NCBI GenBank assembly: GCA_040752415.1
Contig: JBFMGU010000225.1
Span: 1 to 17,095 of the forward strand
Length of the DNA: 17,095 nucleotides
Origin: Myxococcota bacterium
GTDB lineage: Bacteria; Myxococcota; JACRCW01
Reading direction: 5' to 3'
This document shows, piece after piece, positions 1 to 7,773 of this stretch (position 1 is its first letter; each line of letters starts with the position of its first letter). The notes beneath the pieces are model-generated. The model worked only from the letters and a program-made list of their open reading frames with translations. It was not told the origin of the DNA and did not search any database. The position numbers and the translations under genes are program-made.

Positions 1-1537
1 CCGACGGGGGAGGGCTGCTCTCGGCCACCGTCTTCTCCTCGGCGGGAGGCGGAGGATTGGCGGCGGGCACGGCGGCCTGCTTGCTGGTGGCGCTCTTGCG
101 CGGGGCGGCCGGGCTGGTGCTGGCGGAAGGCGCTGTGGACGACGCCACCGGCGCATGCGCGCCCGCCTCCTTCACCGACTGGATGAGACCTTCCAGCCGC
201 TTCAGCGAGTTCTGGAAGTCCGCCATGAGCTGCTCTTCCCGCTCACGGATCTTCTGCTTGAGGGCCAGGACCTCTTCCGCCTGACGGAGCTTCTCCGCGC
301 GGAGGCGCGCCTCGAACTCGGCCACGCCGGGCTTCCACGGTCCCACCAGGCCCAACAGCTTCAGCGCGCCCAGCAGACGGGAGACGCGCTCCATGGGCTG
401 GCCGCTGCGCTCCACCGCCTCCTCGACGGTGTACGCCTCGCTCATCATCTTGAGCACGCGCTCGTCGTCGGGCTCCAGGCCCAGCTCAGGGCGGTAGGCG
501 GCCAGCTCCGGCTTGGGGCAGTAGTAGGTCTCCTTGAGGGCCGCGTAGAGCTCCTTGATCTCGGAGTCCGGCGCGTACTTGCGGTAGCCCTGCAGGAAGA
601 TCTCGCCGGTCTTGAACTCGAACTTGGTGACCTCGTCGGGCGGCGACTTCCCCGGCTCGACGAGATACGAGCCCTGCGTCAGCGAGAAGCCGTTGATGAT
701 CTGGTCCTTGGTGAGCTGACGCTGCTCCTGCTGCAGGCGCGCGCTGTCGACGGCGCCCATCTCCAGCAGCGCCTCGGTCAGCTTGGCGCCCCGCTCCACC
801 ATGGCGCGCGCGGCGGCCAGGTACTGCTCCTCGGTGATGCAGTTGCGCGTCACCAGCACGCGGCCCAGGCGCTCACCGGGCTCACTGCTGGAGTAGGCCG
901 CCGGTGCGCCGTTCTCGAAGTACACCTCGCGCTTGGCGCTGCCGGTGCGCAGCGAGAGGCGGCCGGTGAACCGCTCCTTGAGCAGTCGCACCAGGATGCG
1001 CGCGTAGGCCACCTGCTCCAGGTTGCCTTCCTTGGGCAGGGGGCCGGCGTCGTCGCCAACGGGGAGGGCGGGAGCCCGGCCGGGGCTGGCCAGCTGGGCC
1101 TGCAGCTGCTGGATCTGCGCGCGAGCGTCCTCGAGCTCACGGGTAAGCTGGTCGGTCTTGTCACTGGACTTGGCGGAGGTTTGCGCGGCGGCGAGCTCCT
1201 TCTTGAGCGAGGCCACCTCCTCCTCCAGCTTGCGCGACTTGTCCGCGGCCTTGCGCTCCGCGTCCTGCGTGGTCTTGAGCTGCTTCTCCACGCGCTCCTT
1301 GTCCGCCTCCGCCTTCTCCTTGGCCTTCTGCGCGGCCATGAGGCGGGCCTTGGCGTCGGTCTCGCTGGTGACGTTGGACATGGCGGAGGCCGCCGCGGAC
1401 GGCGTGAAACCCGGCTTGACGGGAGCCAGGGGCGGCAGCTCGAGGTTGGGAACTTCCTCCTCGGCCTTCTCCTTGGGGGACTCTTCCGCCCCCAGAAGCT
1501 CGAGAGCCTCCTCAGGATCCAGCGACGTGGTTGCCAT
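1..1537 (-). CDS. DUF4388 (PATAN-like) domain protein with coiled coils; partial, 3' end lies beyond the left edge
   Basis: Hand-translated; not in the ORF track because it has no stop in the window. ATG at 1537 with GGAGA 5 nt upstream. MATTSLDPEEALELLG... then a charged coiled coil (KAKEKAEADKERVEKQLK...), then GNLEQVAYARILVRLLKERFTGRLSLRTGSAKREVYFENGAP (DUF4388-like), RLGRVLV, a wHTH-like segment, a second coiled coil and a Pro/Ala linker. Strong GC3 bias in this frame. Confidence 0.85.
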   Translation of the reverse strand, partial: MATTSLDPEEALELLGAEESPKEKAEEEVPNLELPPLAPVKPGFTPSAAASAMSNVTSETDAKARLMAAQKAKEKAEADKERVEKQLKTTQDAERKAADKSRKLEEEVASLKKELAAAQTSAKSSDKTDQLTRELEDARAQIQQLQAQLASPGRAPALPVGDDAGPLPKEGNLEQVAYARILVRLLKERFTGRLSLRTGSAKREVYFENGAPAAYSSSEPGERLGRVLVTRNCITEEQYLAAARAMVERGAKLTEALLEMGAVDSARLQQEQRQLTKDQIINGFSLTQGSYLVEPGKSPPDEVTKFEFKTGEIFLQGYRKYAPDSEIKELYAALKETYYCPKPELAAYRPELGLEPDDERVLKMMSEAYTVEEAVERSGQPMERVSRLLGALKLLGLVGPWKPGVAEFEARLRAEKLRQAEEVLALKQKIREREEQLMADFQNSLKRLEGLIQSVKEAGAHAPVASSTAPSASTSPAAPRKSATSKQAAVPAANPPPPAEEKTVAESSPPPS

Positions 1538-1598
1538 CCGAGTCTCCCGCGACGACGTGCCCAGCCCCTTGACCGCGCAAGAGTCCGAGTGGTCGCCG

Positions 1599-1607
1599 AC
1601 CATACCA
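1599..1607 (-). promoter_or_regulatory. Possible extended -10 promoter (TGgTATGGT) for the DUF4388 gene
   Basis: Minus strand reads TGG-TATGGT about 60 nt upstream of the ATG at 1537. No convincing -35 at 17 nt spacing. Confidence 0.35.
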
Positions 1608-1685
1608 AAGGGCCCCCGGTCACAAAAGAAAGCTGAGCTGGACCGGGCGGATCCGGGCTCACGCTCTTGTCAGCGTTTTTTTCGC

Positions 1686-1714
1686 TTGACGCGATCCCCA
1701 GAGAGCCGTAGAAG
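1686..1714 (+). promoter_or_regulatory. sigma70-type promoter of tRNA-Lys
   Basis: TTGACG (1686-1691), 17 nt spacer, TAGAAG (1709-1714). A T-tract lies upstream (UP-like) and a GC-rich discriminator follows, as is typical of stable-RNA promoters. Confidence 0.7.
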
Positions 1715-1733
1715 GCCCGCCCCCGCCAAACAC

Positions 1734-1806
1734 GGGTGTGTAGCTCAATTGGCAGAGCAATGGACTCTTAATCCATAGGTTGAAGGTTCGATTCCTTCCA
1801 CACTCA
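1734..1806 (+). tRNA. tRNA-Lys(CTT); CCA not encoded
   Basis: Full cloverleaf: acceptor GGGTGTG/CACACTC, D-arm GCTC/GAGC, anticodon arm ATGGA-CT-CTT-AA-TCCAT, T-arm GAAGG-TTCGATT-CCTTC, discriminator A73. Confidence 0.98.
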
Positions 1807-3060
1807 AGCAGAGAGAGCCCCGGCCAGTCCGGGGCTTTTTCTTTGCGCTCGCGCCCGCTCGGCGGCGGGGACCAGCGCCAACATGAGCAGGGTGAGCGCG
1901 GCGGCGCCGGCAAACAGCGGCGCGTAGCCGGTGCGCTCGGCCACGAACCCGCTGAACGTGCTGGCGCTCCCCGTCCCAATCACCACCAACGACGCCAGCA
2001 GCGTGTACTCCGTGCCGCCGAAGCGCGGATCCACGGCGTCCATCATGAACGTGAAGAGCACGGTGGTGAGGACGCCGGTGCACAGGTGCTCGACGACAAT
2101 CCCCAGCCCCAGGGCCTTCCCCGGCGCGTCCAGCAGCGGCCAGAGCACCAGGAGCCCCGCGGCCTGCAGCACCAGCGCCACCACCAGCGCGTTCCGTCGG
2201 GACAGCAGGGTCACCACCACGCCACCCAGCGCGCTCCCGACGAGGGATGCCACCAGCCCCGCGGTGCCCACCCAGAGCGCCACGTCCTCCGTGGTGAAGC
2301 CGCGGTCGACGAGGGCGGGCTTCAGCATGGCACTGGCCCCGCTCTCACCCACCTTGCACAGCAGCGTCAGCCCAAGCAGCGCCCACGCCCCGGGCCGGTG
2401 CGACAGGTTCCGCGCCACCACGCGCCAGACCACGCGGGCGCCCTCGTGGGTGGCCGGGGTGTCGTCGGGGGGCTCACGCAGGCGCAGGCCCACCGGCATC
2501 AAGAGCGCCAGCAACGCCGCCAGTGCCAGGCACGCCACCGGCCACCCGTGGCGACCCGCCACCCACAGCAACAGGCCGCCGGAGATGACGCTGCCCAGCT
2601 TGTACCCGCACACCTGGATGGCGTTGCCGTAGCCGCGCGTGCGCTCATTGAGCAGACTCACCGCGTATCCGTCGACGGCGATGTCCTGCGTGGCGCTCAG
2701 CACGTTGATGACGGCCACCAGCGGCAGGATGGTGACGACGTCGCCGCCGAACAGCGTGCTGGCTCCGAGCAGAAGCGCCACCAGGCCCGCCTGGGTGCCG
2801 ACGATCCACGTGCGTCGTCGACCCATGCCTGGCACGGACACGGTGTCCACCCAGGGCGCCCACAGGCCCTTGAGCGCCCAGGGCAGGAACACCAGGAACG
2901 TGAGGCCCACCTTGGAGAGCGAGGCGCCCTGCTGCCGCGCCAACAGCGGGATCCCCTGGGCAAACAGCCCGTACGGCAGCCCCTCCGCCACGTACAGGAG
3001 CGAAAGCGCCACGAGGGAGCGCACGTTGCTGCGCGGAGCTGGGGGGCTGGGCGGAGGCAT
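1804..3060 (-). CDS. MFS transporter, AmpG/RhtX/FptX family (muropeptide or siderophore permease-like)
   Basis: 418 aa with many hydrophobic segments. Family motifs YVAEGLPYG, LPWALKGLWAPWVD, GRRRTWI, SATQDIAVDGYAV. Confidence 0.9.
   Translation of the reverse strand: MPPPSPPAPRSNVRSLVALSLLYVAEGLPYGLFAQGIPLLARQQGASLSKVGLTFLVFLPWALKGLWAPWVDTVSVPGMGRRRTWIVGTQAGLVALLLGASTLFGGDVVTILPLVAVINVLSATQDIAVDGYAVSLLNERTRGYGNAIQVCGYKLGSVISGGLLLWVAGRHGWPVACLALAALLALLMPVGLRLREPPDDTPATHEGARVVWRVVARNLSHRPGAWALLGLTLLCKVGESGASAMLKPALVDRGFTTEDVALWVGTAGLVASLVGSALGGVVVTLLSRRNALVVALVLQAAGLLVLWPLLDAPGKALGLGIVVEHLCTGVLTTVLFTFMMDAVDPRFGGTEYTLLASLVVIGTGSASTFSGFVAERTGYAPLFAGAAALTLLMLALVPAAERARAQRKSPGLAGALSA
1813..1844 (+). 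terminator. Rho-independent terminator of tRNA-Lys
   Basis: Stem AGCCCCGG / loop CCAGT / CCGGGGCT followed by TTTTCTTT. Confidence 0.85.
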
Positions 3061-3134
3061 GGGCAGGGAGGCTAACGTGTGACGGCGGTGGGTGCCTTGG
3101 CGGCGGCGCGCAGGCTCGTTAATGGGATGGAACC

Positions 3135-3797
3135 ATGGATGTGAAGGTCCTCTATTTCGCGGTGTTGCGCGAGCGGTGCGGGCTGCCCGAGGAGACGGTG
3201 GCGTTGCCCGCGGCGGCCAACGTGGGTGCGCTCAAGCAGCTCCTGGAGTCGCGGCATCCCTTCCTGGCGGGACGCTGGGGCAGCGTGCGCGTGGCGGTGA
3301 ACATGGATTTCTCCTCGGACGACGCGCCCCTCCACGACGGCGACGAGGTGGCGCTGATCCCGCCGGTGGCCGGGGGCTCGGGACATCCGCGCGTGCGCCT
3401 GACCACGGAGCCGCTGTCCCTGGACCGGGCCACGCAGGAGGTGATGACGTCGGGGATGGGCGGATTGTGCATCTTTGCTGGCATGGTGCGTGACCACGCC
3501 AAGGGACGGAAGGTGAAGTCCATTGACTACTCCGCCTACGACGCCATGGCCGCGAAGGTGATGGAGCGCATCGTCCGTGGTGCCGAGGAGCAGCACGGGG
3601 CGCGCGTGGCCTGTCACCACCGCCTGGGGCACCTGGAGTTGGGGGAGATGGCGGTGATCATCGCGGCTGCTGCGCCGCACCGCGCGGAGTCGTTCGCGGC
3701 GTGTCGGCAGGTGATTGAGGAGCTCAAGAAGGACGTGCCGATCTGGAAGCACGAGTACGGCGAGGATGGCGCGGTCTGGGTGGGCATGGGGCCGTGA
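3135..3797 (+). CDS. moaX: Fused molybdopterin synthase MoaD-MoaE (MoaX-type)
   Basis: N-terminal ubiquitin-like MoaD (VKVLYFAVLRE...AVN...GDEVALIPPVAGG) continues in frame into MoaE (FAGMVRD, YSAY, HRLGHL, HRAESF, LKKDVPIWKHE). Confidence 0.93.
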   Translation: MDVKVLYFAVLRERCGLPEETVALPAAANVGALKQLLESRHPFLAGRWGSVRVAVNMDFSSDDAPLHDGDEVALIPPVAGGSGHPRVRLTTEPLSLDRATQEVMTSGMGGLCIFAGMVRDHAKGRKVKSIDYSAYDAMAAKVMERIVRGAEEQHGARVACHHRLGHLELGEMAVIIAAAAPHRAESFAACRQVIEELKKDVPIWKHEYGEDGAVWVGMGP

Positions 3798-5134
3798 GCA
3801 AACGCGCGAAGGCCATGGTGGGGCGGGTGCTGGAGGTGCCCGTCTCGTCGCTGGATGACCACGGGCAGGGCGTGGGGCCCGCCGACGGGCGCACCGTGGC
3901 GGTGCATGGCGCGCTGCCGGGTGACGTCGTGAAAGCGCGGGTGACCTGGGCCAGCGCTGCCAGCGCCTGGACGCGCGCGGAGCTGCTGGAGGTGCTGCGT
4001 CCGTCGGGTGAACGGGTGCACAACCCCTGCGCGCACGCTCCGCGCTGTCCCGGCTGCCCGCTCATGCCGCTGTCCCCCGACGCGCAGCTGCGTGAGAAGG
4101 GTCTGCGCCTGCGTCGCGCGCTCGACGACGCGGGCCTGCAGGATCTCCACTTTGACGACGTCATCCCCGCGCCGCAAAACCACGGATACCGCAACCGCGC
4201 CAAGTACGTGGTGGCGTGCACGCGCAACACCGTGACGCTTGGCGCCTACGCGCCCGGTACCCACGACGTGCTTCCCACGGACCAGTGTCGTGTCACCGCG
4301 CCGGCGATCACGGAGGCCATCCAGGCGCTCCGGTCGCTGATTGCGCCCGAGCTCGTCGGTGAGCTGCGCTACGTGGTGGCACGCTGCAACCGCGCGGGAG
4401 AGGTGCTGGGGACGCTGGTGGTGCGTCGACGCGGGGCGGTGGACGCCTTGGCGCAAGCCTGGGTGACGACGAGCCCACGCGTGCTGGGCGTGGTGGAGCA
4501 CTTCAACGACAGCCCCGGAGACAACCTGCTCTCCACCGCGCCCGACGCGGAGCGCACGTTGCAGGGCCATGCCGAGCTCACCGAGCTGTTCTCCGGCGTG
4601 CCCGTGAGCGTGCCAAGCACCGCTTTCACGCAGCTGCACGCGGATGCGGCGGAGCAGCTGTGCACGACGGTGGCGCAGCTGGTGCAACCGCTGGCGGGTC
4701 GCCACGTGATGGACGCGTACTGTGGCCTGGGCGCGTTTGCGTTCGCGCTCAAGGACGCCGCCAGCGTGCTCGGCATCGACGACAACCCGGCCTCCATCCA
4801 CGCCGCCAACGACGCTGCCGCGCACGCGGGGCTGGGGCACCTGCGGTTTCTCGTCGGAGATGCGGCGGGGCACATGGCGCAGTGGCAACACGGGCAGCGG
4901 CCGGACCTCGTCGTGGTGGACCCGCCGCGCAAGGGCCTCTCTGACGAGGCCATGCGCGCGCTCCAGGCGCTGGCTCCCGAGCAGCTGGTCTACGTGGCGT
5001 GTGAACCCCGCTCCCTGGCGCGCGACCTGACGACGCTACGCGCCGCGGGTTGGCAGGTGAGGGCGCTGCAACCGTTTGACCTGTTCCCGCAGACGCCCGA
5101 GGTGGAAACCGTGGCGCTCCTGTCTTCTCGCTAG
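3794..5134 (+). CDS. rlmD: 23S rRNA m5U methyltransferase, RlmD/RumA (TrmA family)
   Basis: TRAM-like N-terminus, Fe-S motif CAHAPRCPGC, YRNR, SAM motif DAYCGLG, DPPRKG, catalytic YVAC and FPQTxxVE. The GTG start overlaps the moaX stop (GTGA). Confidence 0.88.
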   Translation: MSKRAKAMVGRVLEVPVSSLDDHGQGVGPADGRTVAVHGALPGDVVKARVTWASAASAWTRAELLEVLRPSGERVHNPCAHAPRCPGCPLMPLSPDAQLREKGLRLRRALDDAGLQDLHFDDVIPAPQNHGYRNRAKYVVACTRNTVTLGAYAPGTHDVLPTDQCRVTAPAITEAIQALRSLIAPELVGELRYVVARCNRAGEVLGTLVVRRRGAVDALAQAWVTTSPRVLGVVEHFNDSPGDNLLSTAPDAERTLQGHAELTELFSGVPVSVPSTAFTQLHADAAEQLCTTVAQLVQPLAGRHVMDAYCGLGAFAFALKDAASVLGIDDNPASIHAANDAAAHAGLGHLRFLVGDAAGHMAQWQHGQRPDLVVVDPPRKGLSDEAMRALQALAPEQLVYVACEPRSLARDLTTLRAAGWQVRALQPFDLFPQTPEVETVALLSSR

Positions 5135-5167
5135 CGCGCGACGCCGCGCCGTTGCACGCTCCGCCGC

Positions 5168-6331
5168 ATGCGCTGCTGTGTGCTGGCCCTTCTCACCCTG
5201 ACCCTCGCGTGTCGTGGCAGCGCGCCCGCCGGCGTGGATGCGTCACGTGGGTCCGCGTCCGACGGGGGGACGCCAGGCGCCACGTCGTACAGCCGCATTG
5301 ACGTGCACGTGCACGCGGACCCGCGTCTGTACCCGCTGGTGTTCCGCATCCTGAACCGCGTGGGCGTGGAGCGGCTGGTGAACCTCTCCGGCGGACCACC
5401 GGGAGAAGGCCTGGAGGGCGCGCTCACCGCGGCCATCCCGTATGGCAACCGCGTGCTGACCTGCACCAACCTGCAGTGGCAGCACCTTGTCGAGCAGGAC
5501 TTTGCGGCGCGCATGGTGGCCGACCTGGAACGGGCACGCGCCCTGGGCGCGGTCTGTCTCAAGGTGCCCAAGGCGCTGGGACTGGGCATCCGGCGACCAG
5601 GCGAGCAACTGATGCGCGTCGACGACGAGCGGCTGGACCGCGTATGGCAGGCCGCGGGTCGGCTGGGAATGCCGGTGTTCATCCACGTTGCCGATCCCGC
5701 CGCGTTCTGGCTCCCCGCCACGCCGCAGAACGAGCGCTACGACGAGCTCAGGATCCATCCCGCCTGGAGCTTTGCCGACCCGCGCTTTCCGCCGCGTTCC
5801 GAGCTGCTCCACCAATTCGAGAACCTGCTGGCCCGACACCCGGGCACCACCTTCGTGGGCGTGCATTTCGGCAACGACCCGGAGGACGTCGACGCCACGG
5901 ACCGGCGCATGGACGCGCACAAGAACCTGTGGATCGACACCGCGGCGCGTGTGCCGGAGATTGGGCGACGCGACCCGGAGCGGCTGCGCGCGTTCTTCCT
6001 CAAGCACCAGGACCGCGTGCTGTTCGGGACGGACCTGGGAGTGACCGGCGGCGGCATCATGCTGGGCTCCACCGACGGCACCGAGCCCAAGTGGCCCGAC
6101 ATCGCCCGGTTCTTTGCGCTGCACTGGCGCTTCTTCGAGGGCAGCGAGCGCAACATCCCGCATCCCACGCCCATCCAGGGTCGCTGGACGGTGAACGCGG
6201 TGGGGCTGCCGCCGGAGGTGCTCCGCAAGTTCTACGCGGACAACGCGATGCGCCTGCTGAAATGGCCGGAGCTCATGCCGGTGGCGCCGGGCGCGTTGGA
6301 GTGGCCGCCCAAGGGAACACGCGCACCGTGA
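5168..6331 (+). CDS. Amidohydrolase_2-family metallohydrolase, probable lipoprotein
   Basis: IDVHVH metal motif, PVFIHVADP, FVGVHFG, DRVLFGTD, YADNAMRL. N-terminal MRCCVLALLTLTLA-C resembles a lipoprotein signal. Confidence 0.85.
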   Translation: MRCCVLALLTLTLACRGSAPAGVDASRGSASDGGTPGATSYSRIDVHVHADPRLYPLVFRILNRVGVERLVNLSGGPPGEGLEGALTAAIPYGNRVLTCTNLQWQHLVEQDFAARMVADLERARALGAVCLKVPKALGLGIRRPGEQLMRVDDERLDRVWQAAGRLGMPVFIHVADPAAFWLPATPQNERYDELRIHPAWSFADPRFPPRSELLHQFENLLARHPGTTFVGVHFGNDPEDVDATDRRMDAHKNLWIDTAARVPEIGRRDPERLRAFFLKHQDRVLFGTDLGVTGGGIMLGSTDGTEPKWPDIARFFALHWRFFEGSERNIPHPTPIQGRWTVNAVGLPPEVLRKFYADNAMRLLKWPELMPVAPGALEWPPKGTRAP

Positions 6332-6343
6332 CCCGGGTCACGG
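6326..6343. repeat. Perfect 18-bp palindrome at a convergent gene junction (possible hairpin or terminator)
   Basis: CCGTGACCC|GGGTCACGG overlaps the amidohydrolase TGA. No U-tract follows. Confidence 0.6.
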
Positions 6344-6412
6344 CGGGGTTCCGGGTAGGGGAAGAGCGTGTTGTCGAGGAGAGATGAGGGAGTTCCCGCG
6401 AGGAGGGCGGGA

Positions 6413-6970
6413 TTACTTCTTGGCAGGCGCGGGAGCGGGGGCCGCGGGCTGCGCGGCGGGAGCGCCCTGCTGCGGCGTGAGGACCTTGCGCACCGCACCG
6501 GGCACGCGGTCCACCACGGCGGACAGCTCGCCGGTGACCTTCTCTTCCACGCGGTTGAGCTGCTGGCCGCTGACGGGGTCCGCCACCATCAAGGTGAGCA
6601 GGTACTGCTTCTCCGCCACCTTGGCCACGCTGCCGCTGAGCACCCACTTGGCCTCCACGCCCTTGGCCAGCGCACCCATGCAGCCCTGCGGACCGCAGTT
6701 GTCGGCGAACTCCGAGCCCTCCGCAAAGCCGAGCTCAGCCTGCGCCTGACGGTGCTGCATCAGGGCCTGGGTGGTGTCGCGGCACTTGACCACAAAGCGC
6801 TTGTCCGACGTGGCCGCGGTGCACACGCTGGACTCCACCGCCGCGGCTTCATCCTGCGCCAGCCCGTTGGCTGCAAACTTGCCGACGAGCAGCACATCCG
6901 ACTTGTTGGCTGCCCAGGCCGTGCCGCACAACGCGCCGACCACACCCACAGCTGCCAGGAACCGCTTCAT
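6413..6970 (-). CDS. Secreted protein, possibly DUF2380/CsgG/TolB-N-like fold
   Basis: Start reassigned to ATG 6970 (RBS GAGGAG). Signal peptide MKRFLAAVGVVGALCGTAWA, then CGPQGCMGALAKGVEAKWVLSGSV...YLLTLMVAD pattern and a Pro/Ala tail. The fold assignment is by eye. Confidence 0.7.
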   Translation of the reverse strand: MKRFLAAVGVVGALCGTAWAANKSDVLLVGKFAANGLAQDEAAAVESSVCTAATSDKRFVVKCRDTTQALMQHRQAQAELGFAEGSEFADNCGPQGCMGALAKGVEAKWVLSGSVAKVAEKQYLLTLMVADPVSGQQLNRVEEKVTGELSAVVDRVPGAVRKVLTPQQGAPAAQPAAPAPAPAKK

Positions 6971-7020
6971 GTTGGCTCTCCTCTGCCGCGCATGGCCCGC
7001 GTCTTGTCGGGCCGCCGGCG

Positions 7021-7734
7021 TCACTTGCCCTTCTTCTTCTTGCCCTTGACCTTCTTATCTTCCGCCCCGGCCTTCTGCTGCTCCGGCTGCGGCTCCACGG
7101 TGTTGGCCGGCGTCTGCTCCGCAGCGGGAGCGGGCGCGGCGGCCACGGCGTGGGGAACGGCCGCAGGATCCACCGGCACGCCGAGACGGTTCTGCACGGC
7201 GGCAAGCAGCTCACCGCTGAACTCCTCGGAATAGCCGGTGCTGGCCATGGTGATCTTCCCCGTGCCGTCCAGCATATACAGACACGGCAGACGCTTCACG
7301 CTGTAGCGCTTGGCCACGATGTTGAAGCGGTCCGAGAGGACCGGGTAGGTGACGCCCTTCTCCTTGACGAGCTCGGAGACCTTGGCGATGTCCTCGGGCT
7401 TCTGGTCAATGGAGACGACCATCACACCGAGGCCCTGGTCCTTGTACTTCTCGTGCAACGCTTGCAGGTACGGGAGCTCCTTCTTGCAGGGCTCACAGTA
7501 GGTGGCGAAGAAGCTGAGGATGAGCGCCTTCTTGGCGGGCTGCGCGGTGCCGCCCACAACCTGGTCCAGCGCCACCTGCTTGACTCCCGCCACATCCGGG
7601 TTGAGCACGCGACCGGTGAACACCGGCGCGAGGTCTCCTTCCTTGAGCGCGCCTTCCTCGGCCGCCCCCACCACGCCGGCACCGACCACGAGGACCGCTG
7701 CCGCCAAACCCAGTGACCACGCCACGCTACGCAT
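7021..7734 (-). CDS. Exported TlpA/ResA-like thioredoxin (disulfide reductase)
   Basis: GDLAPVF, SFFATYCEPCKKELP (CxxC), YPVLSD, RLP cis-Pro loop. Signal peptide from ATG 7734 with GGAG upstream; alternative start 7758. Confidence 0.88.
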   Translation of the reverse strand: MRSVAWSLGLAAAVLVVGAGVVGAAEEGALKEGDLAPVFTGRVLNPDVAGVKQVALDQVVGGTAQPAKKALILSFFATYCEPCKKELPYLQALHEKYKDQGLGVMVVSIDQKPEDIAKVSELVKEKGVTYPVLSDRFNIVAKRYSVKRLPCLYMLDGTGKITMASTGYSEEFSGELLAAVQNRLGVPVDPAAVPHAVAAAPAPAAEQTPANTVEPQPEQQKAGAEDKKVKGKKKKGK

Positions 7735-7773
7735 CTGTCCGCTCCACTCCAGTGTCATTGCGACGAGGCGTGC

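Noticed and set aside
155..1636. 493-aa + strand ORF (also 850..1662 and 1023..1778)
   Set aside because: Shadow ORFs over the real minus-strand DUF4388 gene, with no recognisable motifs. Long antisense ORFs are expected at high GC3.
1734..3060. Genomic island integrated at tRNA-Lys
   Set aside because: No integrase, no duplicated tRNA 3' end noticed, no evident compositional shift, and the downstream genes are housekeeping.
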